A DNA stretch of 64,000 bases. Source: Paracoccaceae bacterium. GTDB taxonomy: Bacteria; Pseudomonadota; Alphaproteobacteria; Rhodobacterales; Rhodobacteraceae. The notes below the pieces were generated by a model. It ran no database searches. It was not told the origin of the DNA and worked only from the letters and a program-made list of their open reading frames with translations. Numbering within the stretch: position 1 is the first letter of the stretch; each line of letters opens with the position of its first letter. The DNA is taken from assembly GCA_027492585.1 (NCBI GenBank), contig JAPUEK010000054.1:3485-67484 (forward strand). The letters are read 5' to 3'. The position numbers were made by a program, and so were the translations under genes. Positions 9,849-19,353 of the stretch are shown here, one piece after another.

Positions 9849-10976
9849 TCATTCCCCTGATGCGGCCGTTGCCGCGAACCATTCCAACGGGTCCACCGGA
9901 TCGGCGCCCTGCCTCAATTCCAAGTAAAGCGTTTCCGTTCCCCGGATACCACCACCATCTGCCGCCGTCGCCAGAAAGTCCGCCACTCCCGGCTCCGCCC
10001 CGCCCATCAGGCCAAGGGGGGCGCCGCGGGCGATCACCTCTCCCACCGCACCATAGACCTGTTCCATCCCGGCCAGAACCATCAGATAGCCGTCTCCCGG
10101 CTCAAGGATCATCACGTTTCCGTAGTCGAGAAGCGGCCCCGTATAGCGGATCGTCGCCGCCCAGGGGCTGGTGACGAGCGCACCGGGCCGGGTCGCCAGC
10201 GTCAGGCCCGGACGGGTGACCCCGCGGGCATCCGTCTCTCCCGGTTTCAGGATCATCCGGCCGAGCACCGGCAGGTCGAGCTTGCCCTTCGCCGCGCCGA
10301 AGGCCGTGGTGCCGGTCTGGTCGAGCGCGAGGCCCGAGGCGAATGCCTCCAGCGTATCGGCGCTTTCCAGAAGGCCCTTCAGCACCTCCGGGTCTTCGGT
10401 GAAGCGGCGCGGCAGTTCGGTGCGGTCCGACATGGCCTGGCTCAGGGCCGAGCGCGCCGCCTGCGCCGCCCCAAGGCCGCGGCCCAGCACCTCCCCCGCC
10501 GCGAGCTGGAGGGCGCGCAGATCGCGCAGCTCCGTCAACTGGCCCTTGAGCTGGTCGGCTTCCGCCTGAAGCGCCGGCGTCACCTCCGACAGGATCATGG
10601 CCGACCGCACGGTTCCCAAAGGCCCGTCCGGGTGCATCAGCAGCAGCGGGCCGGGCTGCGCCTCGATCTGGCTCAACACGCCCAGAAGCTGCGCCACCTT
10701 GTCCCGCTTGGCATTGAGCGCGGCAGTCAGTTGCGCCTCGCGCAGATCGGCCTGCCGCAACGCCTCGCGCAGGGTGGCGAGCCCTTCCTCATAGGCGCGG
10801 ATGGTGCGGGTCAGGGCCGCGATCCGGTCTTTCGCCTCGGTGGCCGCCTCAAGCGCCACCACCGCCTCCTGCAAACTCGCCGAGGCCGAAGCCGCATCCT
10901 CGGTCATGCCGGCCCGCGCCGGTCCCGCAAGGGCCAGCGCCGTGGCAAGAAGAAGGGCCGGCAGGCGCAGGATCAT
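9849..10976 (-). CDS. murein hydrolase activator EnvC-like / M23 (LytM) domain protein
   Basis: Start is set at the internal ATG (MILRLPALLLATALALAGPARA, a signal peptide). That ATG forms an ATGA overlap with the gpmI stop. Coiled-coil middle and LytM-like C-terminus. The upstream part of track ORF ..11177 overlaps gpmI. Confidence 0.8.
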   Translation of the reverse strand: MILRLPALLLATALALAGPARAGMTEDAASASASLQEAVVALEAATEAKDRIAALTRTIRAYEEGLATLREALRQADLREAQLTAALNAKRDKVAQLLGVLSQIEAQPGPLLLMHPDGPLGTVRSAMILSEVTPALQAEADQLKGQLTELRDLRALQLAAGEVLGRGLGAAQAARSALSQAMSDRTELPRRFTEDPEVLKGLLESADTLEAFASGLALDQTGTTAFGAAKGKLDLPVLGRMILKPGETDARGVTRPGLTLATRPGALVTSPWAATIRYTGPLLDYGNVMILEPGDGYLMVLAGMEQVYGAVGEVIARGAPLGLMGGAEPGVADFLATAADGGGIRGTETLYLELRQGADPVDPLEWFAATAASGE

Positions 10977-12511
10977 GGCAGCAGAAGGCTGCGCCCGGTC
11001 ATCTCCGCAGGCTGGGGCAGGCCCATCAGTTGCAGGAGCGTCGGCGCGAGATCGGCCAGCCGTCCGCCTGCCCGCAAGGGAACCCCGGCCGGACCGCCGA
11101 CAAGGATGACCGGCACCGGATTGGTCGTATGCGCCGTATGCGGCCCGCCGGTGACGGGATCGACCATCAGCTCGCAATTGCCGTGATCCGCCGTCACGAT
11201 CATCGCCCCGCCGCGCGCCTGCAAGGCCGCAAGCGCCCGGCCGAGCCCCGCATCCACCGCCTCGCAGGCCTTGATGGCGGCGGGCAGGCTGCCGGTATGG
11301 CCCACCATGTCGGGATTGGCGTAGTTGACCACGATCAGGTCATAGCCCGCCTCGATCGCCTCCACGAAACGGTCGGAAACCTCGCCCGCCGACATCTCCG
11401 GTTGCAGGTCATAGGTCGCCACCTTCGGCGATTTCGGCATGGCCCGCGCCTCGCCCTCGAACGGCACTTCGCGCCCGCCGTTCAGGAAGAAGGTGACATG
11501 GGGATATTTCTCGGTCTCGGCCAGCCGGAACTGGGTGCGCCCCTGTGCCGCCACCCATTCGCCGAGCGTGTTGACGAGGTTCCGTTTCGGGAAGGCCGTG
11601 GCCATGTAGGTGCTGTGCGCGGTCGAATATTCCACCATGCCGAGCTTCGCCGACCATTGCGGCAGCGCCCCCCGGTCGAAGCCGTCGAAGTCCGGGGCGG
11701 CCAGCGCCGCAAGGATCTCCCGCGCGCGGTCGGCGCGGAAGTTGAGGCAGAAGAGCCCGTCGCCCGCCCGCACGCCCGCATAGGTGCCGATCACCGTCGG
11801 CGCCAGAAACTCGTCCGTCTCGCCCTTGGCATAGGATTGCGCCACCGCCGCCGAGGGGGTCGCCGCCCGCCCGCCTTCGCCGCGGACGATGGCGGCCTGC
11901 GCGCGCTCCACCCGTTCCCAGCGGTTGTCGCGGTCCATCGCCCAGTAGCGGCCGATCACCGTTGCCACCCGCGCGCCCACCGGCAGCGCCACCTCCAGCG
12001 CCGCCACGAATTCCGCTGCCGAAGACGGCGCCACATCGCGCCCGTCGGTGATCGCATGAAGCCAGACCGGCACGCCCTGCGCCGTCAGCGCCCGCGCGGC
12101 GGCAAGGACGTGGTTGAGATGGCCATGCACCCCGCCATCGGAGACGACGCCGATCAGATGCGCCGCGCCATTGGCCGCCTTGACCGAGGCGCCAAAGGCC
12201 AGAACCTCGGCGTTCTGCGCGAAGGAGCCATCCTCCACCGCCAGATCAATGGCGCCAAGGTCCATCGCCACCACCCGGCCCGCGCCGATATTGGTGTGGC
12301 CGACCTCGGAATTGCCCATCTGCCCCTTCGGCAGCCCGACATCGGGGCCGAAGGTGGTCAGCGTCGCATGGGGACAGTCCGCCCAGATCCGGTTGAAATT
12401 CGGCACCTGCGCCTGTGCCGGGGCGCTGACCGCCGGATCGGCGCCGATCCCCCAGCCATCAAGGATGCAGAGCACCACCGGCTTCGGGACTTGCGGATTG
12501 GCAACGGACAT
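10973..12511 (-). CDS. gpmI: 2,3-bisphosphoglycerate-independent phosphoglycerate mutase
   Basis: 512 aa. Motifs LCILDGWG, MGNSEVGHTNIGAGR and ADHGN are typical of iPGM. Confidence 0.92.
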   Translation of the reverse strand: MSVANPQVPKPVVLCILDGWGIGADPAVSAPAQAQVPNFNRIWADCPHATLTTFGPDVGLPKGQMGNSEVGHTNIGAGRVVAMDLGAIDLAVEDGSFAQNAEVLAFGASVKAANGAAHLIGVVSDGGVHGHLNHVLAAARALTAQGVPVWLHAITDGRDVAPSSAAEFVAALEVALPVGARVATVIGRYWAMDRDNRWERVERAQAAIVRGEGGRAATPSAAVAQSYAKGETDEFLAPTVIGTYAGVRAGDGLFCLNFRADRAREILAALAAPDFDGFDRGALPQWSAKLGMVEYSTAHSTYMATAFPKRNLVNTLGEWVAAQGRTQFRLAETEKYPHVTFFLNGGREVPFEGEARAMPKSPKVATYDLQPEMSAGEVSDRFVEAIEAGYDLIVVNYANPDMVGHTGSLPAAIKACEAVDAGLGRALAALQARGGAMIVTADHGNCELMVDPVTGGPHTAHTTNPVPVILVGGPAGVPLRAGGRLADLAPTLLQLMGLPQPAEMTGRSLLLP

Positions 12512-12583
12512 GAGGCACCCCTTTCCTGAACGCTTCCGCTTCTAGCGCCGCTCTGCCAAGGGGGCAAGAAACGCCTGCGGCGC

Positions 12584-13411
12584 TCACCCTTTCGAGATCA
12601 CCCAGTCGAGCCAGCGTGTCGGCAGCACCCGCCGCGCAAAGCCCGCGATATAGGTCGGCGTGGTCACATAATAGCGCGGCTTCGGGCGCCGGTCTTCGAG
12701 CGCCCGGATCAGCTTCGCGGTCACCGCCGAGGCCGGCAGCTCGAAGCGGTCCGGCCCGCGGCTTTCGTAAAGCCGGTGGCGCAGCGCCGCATAGTCCTCG
12801 CGCCGGGCGGAGCCTTCCCAGTCGATCCATTTCTCGAAATGCGGGATGGCGTTCTCGCGGATGCGGCTGGTGACCGGCCCCGGCTCGATCAGCACGATCT
12901 CGATGCCGGTCCCCGCCATTTCCACCCGCATCACATCCGCCATCCCCTCCATGGCGAATTTGGTGGAGACATAGGCGGCCCGCCATTTCGCCCCCACGAG
13001 CCCCAGAACGGAGGAACAGTTGACGATCCGCCCCTTGCCCGCCGCCCGCATCATCGGGATCACCCGGCGCGTCAGGTCGTGGTAGCCGAAGAAATTCACC
13101 TCGAAGATCGCCCGCAAGGCCCCGCGCGGCAGATCCTCCGCCGCACCGGGGCAGGCGAAGGCCCCGTTGTTGAACAAGGCGTCGAGCCGCCCGCCAGTCC
13201 GCGCCTGCACCTCGGCGACGGCGGCTTCGATGCTCGCCTCGTCGGCATAGTCGAGAACGAAGCTTTCCAGCCCCTCGGCCTGCAATTTCTCGCAATCTGC
13301 GGCCTGACGGCAGGTGGCGAACACCCGCCAGCCCCGCGCCTTCAGCCCGCGCGCCGCATCCAGACCGATACCCGACGAACATCCCGTGATCAGAACGGTT
13401 CCGCGATCCAT
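12584..13411 (-). CDS. SDR family oxidoreductase
   Basis: 275 aa. TGCSSGIG cofactor motif, NNG, and the YxxxK region (YVSTKFA). Confidence 0.85.
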   Translation of the reverse strand: MDRGTVLITGCSSGIGLDAARGLKARGWRVFATCRQAADCEKLQAEGLESFVLDYADEASIEAAVAEVQARTGGRLDALFNNGAFACPGAAEDLPRGALRAIFEVNFFGYHDLTRRVIPMMRAAGKGRIVNCSSVLGLVGAKWRAAYVSTKFAMEGMADVMRVEMAGTGIEIVLIEPGPVTSRIRENAIPHFEKWIDWEGSARREDYAALRHRLYESRGPDRFELPASAVTAKLIRALEDRRPKPRYYVTTPTYIAGFARRVLPTRWLDWVISKG

Positions 13412-13497
13412 GCCTGCTGCCCCCCGCGCCGGCTGCTCCGGCGTCTTGGCCTACCTAAGGCGCGCAGGCGGCGGTTGCAAAGCCGAATCCGTGGGGC

Positions 13498-14004
13498 CTA
13501 TTCCGAAAGCAGCCGGGCCGCGACATAGCCTTCGACGCCGTCGCCCTCGATGCGGATCAGGGACCAGCCCTCCGGGCCTTCGCCCTCGGCGACGACCAGA
13601 ACCGCTTCGCCGCGCAAGAGACGTTCCACCACCTCATGGTCCTTGCCGGGACCGGAGCGGACATTGACGCTTTTCGCCGCGACATAGAGGATGCGTCCTG
13701 CCGGAGCCCCCGGAGCTTCCACCACCGCTTCTGCCACCGCCACCGCCGGCTCGGCAGCCACCGGCTGCGCCTCCATCAGCGGCCTGGCCGGAACGAAGCT
13801 CGCCTCGACCACGACAGGGGCCGTTCGGGGCTGGATCGCCGCAACCGCAGGCACCCCGGCCGGTTCCGGCGCCGCGACCGCCTGCAGGACCGGCGCCTCC
13901 GCCTGCGGGATCAGGCCGAAACGGAGCTGGCCATGATCCCGGCCGCCGATCAGCATCGTCAGGAAAATCGCCGCACACAAAAGGAAGGTCAACCGGAACA
14001 TCAT
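13498..14004 (-). CDS. membrane-anchored bacterial SH3 domain protein
   Basis: 168 aa. N-terminal hydrophobic anchor, Ala/Pro/Val-rich linker, and a C-terminal SH3b-like segment (VNVRSGPGKDHEVVERLLRGEAVLVV...GWSLIRI...GYVAARLL). Confidence 0.6.
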   Translation of the reverse strand: MMFRLTFLLCAAIFLTMLIGGRDHGQLRFGLIPQAEAPVLQAVAAPEPAGVPAVAAIQPRTAPVVVEASFVPARPLMEAQPVAAEPAVAVAEAVVEAPGAPAGRILYVAAKSVNVRSGPGKDHEVVERLLRGEAVLVVAEGEGPEGWSLIRIEGDGVEGYVAARLLSE

Positions 14005-14164
14005 ACGCCCTTACTGGCCGCCCCAAAAACCGGCGGCAAGTTGCCCTTAACACGATTCGCCCCGGCAACGAGTGGGAATCTCCCGCCATCTTCCCCCCTC
14101 GTGCGCTTCTGGTCCGTGATTTTTCGGGCTGGACCGGCAGGCCCCCCGGCCTTACACCACATTC

Positions 14165-16468
14165 ATGTCCGATACGCCCGACAGCCCCAAGATAGAGCCG
14201 ATCCTGACCTCCGAGCCGCTGTCGCGCGCCATCGGGGAGCGGTATCTCACCTATGCGCTGTCCACGATCATGCACCGCGCCCTGCCCGATGCCCGCGACG
14301 GGCTGAAGCCGGTTCACCGGCGAATCCTCTGGGCGATGCGCCGGCTGCGGCTGACGCCGACGGGGGGCTTCCTGAAGTCGGCCAAGATCAGCGGCGACAC
14401 GATGGGGGACTTTCACCCCCATGGCGATGCGGCGATCTATGACGCGATGGCGCGGCTCGCCCAGGATTTCAACATGCGCTACCCGCTGGTCGACGGGCAG
14501 GGCAACTTCGGCAACATCGACGGCGACAACCCGGCCTCCAGCCGCTACACCGAGGCGCGGATCACCACCCTGACCGAGGCGCTTCTGGAGGGGATCGACG
14601 AGACCGCGGTGGATTTCCGCCCGAATTACGATGGCCGTCTGGAAGAGCCGGTCGTGCTGCCTGCGGCCTATCCGAACCTTCTGGCCAACGGCTCCAGCGG
14701 CATCGCGGTGGGGATGGCCACCAACATCCCGCCGCACAATCTGGATGAGCTGATCCAGGGCTGCCACGCCATGATCGCCGATCCCGCGATCAGCGACGAG
14801 GCGCTCGTCGCCCTGATCCCCGGCCCGGATTTCCCGACCGGCGGCGTGATCGTGGAAAGCCGTTCCGCCATCCTCGACGCCTACCGCACCGGCCGCGGTG
14901 CCTTCCGCACCCGCGCCAAATGGGAGGTGGAGGACCTGGGCCGCGGCACCTGGCAGATCGTCGTCACCGAAATCCCCTATCAGGTCCAGAAATCGAAGCT
15001 GATCGAGAAGCTGGCCGAGCTGATCAACCTGAAGAAGATCCCGCTTCTCGCCGATGTCCGCGACGAAAGCGCCGAGGATGTCCGCATCGTCATCGAGCCC
15101 CGCTCCCGCACCGTGGAGCCGGAGGTGCTGATGGCGGCGCTCTTCAAGAACAGCGATCTGGAAACCCGGTTTTCCATGAACATGAACGTGCTGATCGACG
15201 GCAAGGTGCCGAAGGTCTGCTCGCTGAAGGAGGTGCTGCGCGCCTTCCTCGACCACCGCCGCGACGTGCTGCAACGCCGCAGCCAGCACCGGGTCGAAAA
15301 GATCGACCATCGGCTGGAGGTGCTGGAAGGCTTCATCCTGACCTTCCTCAACCTCGACCGGGTGATCGACATCATCCGCTATGACGACGATCCCAAAGCA
15401 GCCCTGATGGCCGAGGACTGGAGCAGGACCCACAAGCGCGCCACCTCGGAAAAGGATTACGTCCCGCCGGTCCCCGGCGAGGGCGAGCTGACCGAATTGC
15501 AGGCCGAATCCATCCTCAACATGCGCCTGCGCTCCCTGCGGCGGCTGGAGGAGATGGAACTGATCCGCGAGCGCGATGCGCTGATGAAGGAACGCGCCGA
15601 GCTGGCCGACCTTCTCGAAAGCGACCGCCTGCAATGGAAGCGCATCGGCGAGGAGCTGGAGGCGATCCGGACGCAGTTCGGCAAGGACACGGCGCTGGGC
15701 AGACGCCGCAGCGCCTTCGCCGAAGCGGGAGAGATCGAGGAAGTCTCCTACGAGGCGATGATCGAACGGGAGCCGATCACCGTCATCTGCTCGCAGATGG
15801 GCTGGATCCGCGCGATGAAGGGCCATGTGGACCTTGCGGCGGAACAGAAGTTCAAGGATGGCGACGGCGCCCGCTTCGCCTTCCATTGCGAGACGACCGA
15901 CAAGATCCTGCTGATCGCCGCCAATGGCCGCTTCTACACGCTTCTGGGCGCCAACCTGCCCGGCGGGCGCGGCATGGGCGAGCCGGTGCGACTGATGGTG
16001 GATCTGCCGAACGACACCGAAATCACCGATCTGATGATCTTCCGCTCCGGGGAACGGCTGCTCATCGCCTCCACCGCCGGCGACGGCTTCCTTCTGCCCT
16101 CGGACGAGGTGCTGGCCCAGACCCGTGCCGGCAAACAGGTGCTGACGGTGCGGGACGGGGTGAAGACCGCCCTCTGCCGCCGGGTGACGGGCGATATGGT
16201 CGCGGTGGTCGGCGACAACCGCAAGCTTCTGGTGTTCCCGCTGGCGGAGCTGCCGGAGATGGCCAAGGGCAAGGGCGTGCGGCTGCAGAAATACAAGGAC
16301 GGCGGGCTGTCGGATGCGACCACCTACCAGAAGGCCACCGGCCTCACCTGGAAGGACCCCGCCGGCCGGACCCGCGCCGAACCGGACATGAGCGAATGGG
16401 AAGCCGCCCGCGCCACCGCCGGCCGCATGGCCCCGCGCGGCTTCCCGCGCAACAACAAGTTCGACTGA
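14165..16468 (+). CDS. parC: DNA topoisomerase IV subunit A
   Basis: 767 aa. GyrA/ParC N-terminal breakage-reunion signature (YLTYALSTIMHRALPDARDGLKPVHRRILWAM, SSRYTEARI) and beta-pinwheel C-terminus. The length and the absence of a GyrA box fit ParC. Confidence 0.88.
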   Translation: MSDTPDSPKIEPILTSEPLSRAIGERYLTYALSTIMHRALPDARDGLKPVHRRILWAMRRLRLTPTGGFLKSAKISGDTMGDFHPHGDAAIYDAMARLAQDFNMRYPLVDGQGNFGNIDGDNPASSRYTEARITTLTEALLEGIDETAVDFRPNYDGRLEEPVVLPAAYPNLLANGSSGIAVGMATNIPPHNLDELIQGCHAMIADPAISDEALVALIPGPDFPTGGVIVESRSAILDAYRTGRGAFRTRAKWEVEDLGRGTWQIVVTEIPYQVQKSKLIEKLAELINLKKIPLLADVRDESAEDVRIVIEPRSRTVEPEVLMAALFKNSDLETRFSMNMNVLIDGKVPKVCSLKEVLRAFLDHRRDVLQRRSQHRVEKIDHRLEVLEGFILTFLNLDRVIDIIRYDDDPKAALMAEDWSRTHKRATSEKDYVPPVPGEGELTELQAESILNMRLRSLRRLEEMELIRERDALMKERAELADLLESDRLQWKRIGEELEAIRTQFGKDTALGRRRSAFAEAGEIEEVSYEAMIEREPITVICSQMGWIRAMKGHVDLAAEQKFKDGDGARFAFHCETTDKILLIAANGRFYTLLGANLPGGRGMGEPVRLMVDLPNDTEITDLMIFRSGERLLIASTAGDGFLLPSDEVLAQTRAGKQVLTVRDGVKTALCRRVTGDMVAVVGDNRKLLVFPLAELPEMAKGKGVRLQKYKDGGLSDATTYQKATGLTWKDPAGRTRAEPDMSEWEAARATAGRMAPRGFPRNNKFD

Positions 16469-16500
16469 GCTGTTCTGCGGCCCTGCGCCGGGGGCGGCAC

Positions 16501-16577
16501 CGGACGCTCCGCGGGGGATATTTGGGAAGAGAAGAAAGCCCTTTCATACTGGCTCAAGTATCCCCGCCGGAGGCTTC
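16501..16577 (+). repeat. Family A repeat, copy A2 (full)
   Basis: cggacgctccgcgggggatatttgggaagagaagaaagccctttcatactggctcaagtatccccgccggaggcttc. Differs from A1 at only a few positions. Confidence 0.9.
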
Positions 16578-16588
16578 CCCGGCTGCGC

Positions 16589-17068
16589 TCAGGCGCCGCG
16601 CGTCAGGTCGAAGCGCCGGTGGATGCGCCCGACCACGGTGCCATCGCCCAGCGCGAACTCCGGATCTGCACCGACATCGGAAAAGCCGAGGCGCGCGTAA
16701 TAGGCCAGCCCCGGTACGTTGTCGGCGCGGATGGAGGCGATGATTTCCGTCAGGCCCTTCGCCCGCGCCGCAGCCGAGGTCCGCGCGAAAAGCGTCGCGC
16801 CGATGCCTTTGGCCTGTTGCCCGGTACGGACGAAAGTGCCGATATGGGCCTCACCCTGCCACCAGCCGACCGATTGCCAGCCGAGGAGGCGCCCTTTCTC
16901 TTCGACCACCACCGAAGTCAGCACCTCCGGCCCGTCGATGTAGTCGTTCCGCACCTGATCCGGCGATTTCGGCGCCTCATGGGCGGTGGTGCCGCCGATG
17001 CGGATGATCTCGTTGAGCAGCTCCGCCATCGCCCCGGCGTCCCTGGGAAGAGCCGGGCGCGCGGTCAT
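16589..17068 (-). CDS. GNAT family N-acetyltransferase
   Basis: Start at the internal ATG ([10 protein letters not shown]...), which makes an ATGA overlap with the serB stop. GNAT core [22 protein letters not shown]. Confidence 0.75.
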   Translation of the reverse strand: MTARPALPRDAGAMAELLNEIIRIGGTTAHEAPKSPDQVRNDYIDGPEVLTSVVVEEKGRLLGWQSVGWWQGEAHIGTFVRTGQQAKGIGATLFARTSAAARAKGLTEIIASIRADNVPGLAYYARLGFSDVGADPEFALGDGTVVGRIHRRFDLTRGA

Positions 17069-17940
17069 TCCGCGAACTCCTCCCGCGCATAGCCTTGCAG
17101 GAAGAGGAGCGCCGTCAGGTCGCCATGGTTGATGCGAAGCCGGCATTGCGCCGCGACGCTGGGCTTGGCGTGCAGGGCCACGCCGGCCCCGGCAAGGTGC
17201 AGCATCCCGAGGTCATTGGCGCCATCGCCCACCGCCATGGCATCGGCGGGCGTCAGGCCGAGCCGGGCGGCGATCTGTTCCAGTGCCTCGACCTTGGCGG
17301 CCTTGCCGAGGATCGGGTCCGCCACCTGCCCGGTCAGCTTGCCGCCCTCGACCAGCAGCGTATTGGCGCGGTTCTCGTCGAAGCCGAGCTTTGCGGCAAT
17401 CGCCCCGGTAAAGGCGGTGAAGCCGCCGGAGACCAGCGCCGCATAGGCCCCCTGCGCCTTCATCGTCGCCAGAAGCACCGGCCCGCCCGGCATCAGGGTG
17501 ATGCGGTCGCGCAGGACCTCGGCGATCACCTTCTCCGGCAGGCCTTTCAGGAGGCCGACGCGCTCCCGCAGGGCCGCCTCGAAGTCGAGCTCGCCATTCA
17601 TCGCCCGCGCGGTGATCCCCGCGACATGGGCGCCCACGCCGGCCTCATCGGCCAGTTCGTCGATACATTCCTGCTCGATCATCGTGCTGTCCATGTCGGC
17701 GATCAGCAGGCGTTTCCTGCGGTTCGCCACCGGCTGGACCGCCAGATCGACGCCGAGGCCTTGCAGCCCCTCCCAGACCTCCCAGAGGTTCGCCGGTTCC
17801 GCTTCCAGCGGAAATTCCGCCGCCACGCCGGGATCGAGCCAGACCGCATCCCCGCCGCCCCAGGCATTGCGGAGCGACTCCACCGTGGCGCGGTCCAGCA
17901 CGGGGCGGGCGGGATTGCTGAGCAGGCTGGCGATGAACAT
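17065..17940 (-). CDS. serB: phosphoserine phosphatase
   Basis: Start at the internal ATG 17940 ([10 protein letters not shown]...). HAD motifs DMDSTMI and GDGANDL. Confidence 0.88.
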   Translation of the reverse strand: MFIASLLSNPARPVLDRATVESLRNAWGGGDAVWLDPGVAAEFPLEAEPANLWEVWEGLQGLGVDLAVQPVANRRKRLLIADMDSTMIEQECIDELADEAGVGAHVAGITARAMNGELDFEAALRERVGLLKGLPEKVIAEVLRDRITLMPGGPVLLATMKAQGAYAALVSGGFTAFTGAIAAKLGFDENRANTLLVEGGKLTGQVADPILGKAAKVEALEQIAARLGLTPADAMAVGDGANDLGMLHLAGAGVALHAKPSVAAQCRLRINHGDLTALLFLQGYAREEFAE

Positions 17941-18093
17941 GGGGAAGTTTCCGATAGTGGAGCGATGCGTCGCAAATCGAAGCTGATGGGGCGCTTTAAC
18001 GCGATTTTTCCGCTTGCGCCACCCCGGCAGGGTCAATATCCACGGCGGCGGGACACCCTTCCCCAACGAAGGGCTTATATCTGCGAGGATACC

Positions 18094-19251
18094 ATGGCTG
18101 ATCTGATCGCCCCGGCTGCGCGCCCGGCTAACCCGCGCTTTTCATCTGGCCCCTGCGCCAAGATCCCCGGTTTTTCCCTTGATATGCTTGGAGATGCGCC
18201 CCTGGGCCGCTCGCATCGTGCTGCTGTCGGCAAGGCCAGGCTGAAAGAGGCGATCGACCTCACCCGCGAGATTCTGAACGTTCCGGCGGATTACCGCATC
18301 GGCATCGTCCCCGGCTCCGACACCGGCGCTGTCGAGATGGCGCTCTGGTCGCTTCTGGGCGCCCGTCCGGTGGAGATGCTGGCTTGGGAAAGCTTCGGCG
18401 AAGGCTGGGTGACGGATGTGGTCAAACAGTTGAAACTGGACGCCAAGGTCACCGTCGCACCCTATGGCCGGATCGTCGATTTCGCCACGGTGGATTTCGA
18501 CGCCGATGTGGTCTTCACCTGGAACGGCACCACCTCCGGCTGCCGTCTGCCCAATGCCGATGCGATCCCGGCGGATCGCAAGGGCCTGACCATCTGCGAC
18601 GCGACCTCCGCCGCTTTCGCCATGGATCTGGACTGGGCCAAGCTCGATGTCGTGACTTTCTCCTGGCAGAAGGTTCTCGGCGGCGAGGGCGCGCATGGGA
18701 TGCTGATCCTGTCGCCCCGCGCGGTGGAGCGGCTGGAAAGCCATACCCCCGCCTGGCCGCTGCCGAAGATCTTCCGGCTGACCTCCAAGGGCAAGCTGAT
18801 CGAGGGGATCTTCGTGGGCGAGACCATCAACACCCCGTCGATGCTGGCGGTGGAAGATTACCTCGTCGCGCTCAAATGGGCGAAGTCGGTGGGCGGGCTG
18901 AAGGGCCTCGTGGAGCGGGCTTCGGCCAATGCCCAGGTGGTCTGGGACTTCTGCGCCGCGAACCCCTGGTTGCAGAACCTGGCCGAGGTGCCGGAGATCG
19001 CCTCCACCACCTCCGTCTGCCTGAAATTCGCCGATGCGCGGATCAGGGATGGCGAGGCTTTCGCCAAGGCCGTGGCCAAGCGGCTGGAAAAGGCGGGCGT
19101 GGCCTATGACGTGGGCGCCTACCGCGATGCCCCGGCGGGTCTCAGGATCTGGTGCGGCTCCACGGTGGAAACCGCCGATGTGGCGGCGCTGATGCCCTGG
19201 ATCGCCCATGCCTTCGAGGCGGAGATCGCCGCACAGGCGCAGGCCGCCTGA
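18094..19251 (+). CDS. serC: phosphoserine aminotransferase
   Basis: Start at ATG 18094 ([23 protein letters not shown]...). The alphaproteobacterial-type SerC signature [13 protein letters not shown] (PLP lysine region) is present. The upstream 333 codons of the track ORF are antisense to serB. Confidence 0.88.
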   Translation: MADLIAPAARPANPRFSSGPCAKIPGFSLDMLGDAPLGRSHRAAVGKARLKEAIDLTREILNVPADYRIGIVPGSDTGAVEMALWSLLGARPVEMLAWESFGEGWVTDVVKQLKLDAKVTVAPYGRIVDFATVDFDADVVFTWNGTTSGCRLPNADAIPADRKGLTICDATSAAFAMDLDWAKLDVVTFSWQKVLGGEGAHGMLILSPRAVERLESHTPAWPLPKIFRLTSKGKLIEGIFVGETINTPSMLAVEDYLVALKWAKSVGGLKGLVERASANAQVVWDFCAANPWLQNLAEVPEIASTTSVCLKFADARIRDGEAFAKAVAKRLEKAGVAYDVGAYRDAPAGLRIWCGSTVETADVAALMPWIAHAFEAEIAAQAQAA

Positions 19252-19257
19252 TCGCGG

Positions 19258-19317
19258 GGACGGGCGGACCGCCCATCCTACGCAATCCAACCCGCAGGAT
19301 GGGCGATCCGCCCGTCC
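19258..19317 (+). other. 22-bp near-perfect inverted repeat (hairpin) in the serC-serA spacer
   Basis: Left arm ggacgggcggaccgcccatcct (19258-19279). Loop 16 nt. Right arm aggatgggcgatccgcccgtcc (19296-19317). One mismatch. No T-tract follows. Confidence 0.9.
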
Positions 19318-19353
19318 TGCCGACCCAATCCCCAAATCCCAAGGACCCCCGCC

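Noticed and set aside
17095-18093. N-terminal extensions of track ORFs, for example the 718-aa version of serC. Others are 9849..11177, 16589..17146, 17065..18066, 21194..22591, 23826.., 29289.., 40610.., 42295.., 55897..57105, 57866..59731, 60430..62847 and 61495..
   Set aside because: The extensions overlap neighbouring genes in antisense or out of frame and lack family similarity. Internal starts with RBS-like motifs, ATGA/GTGA coupling or family-typical N-termini fit better. The trimmed coordinates are used in the feature list.
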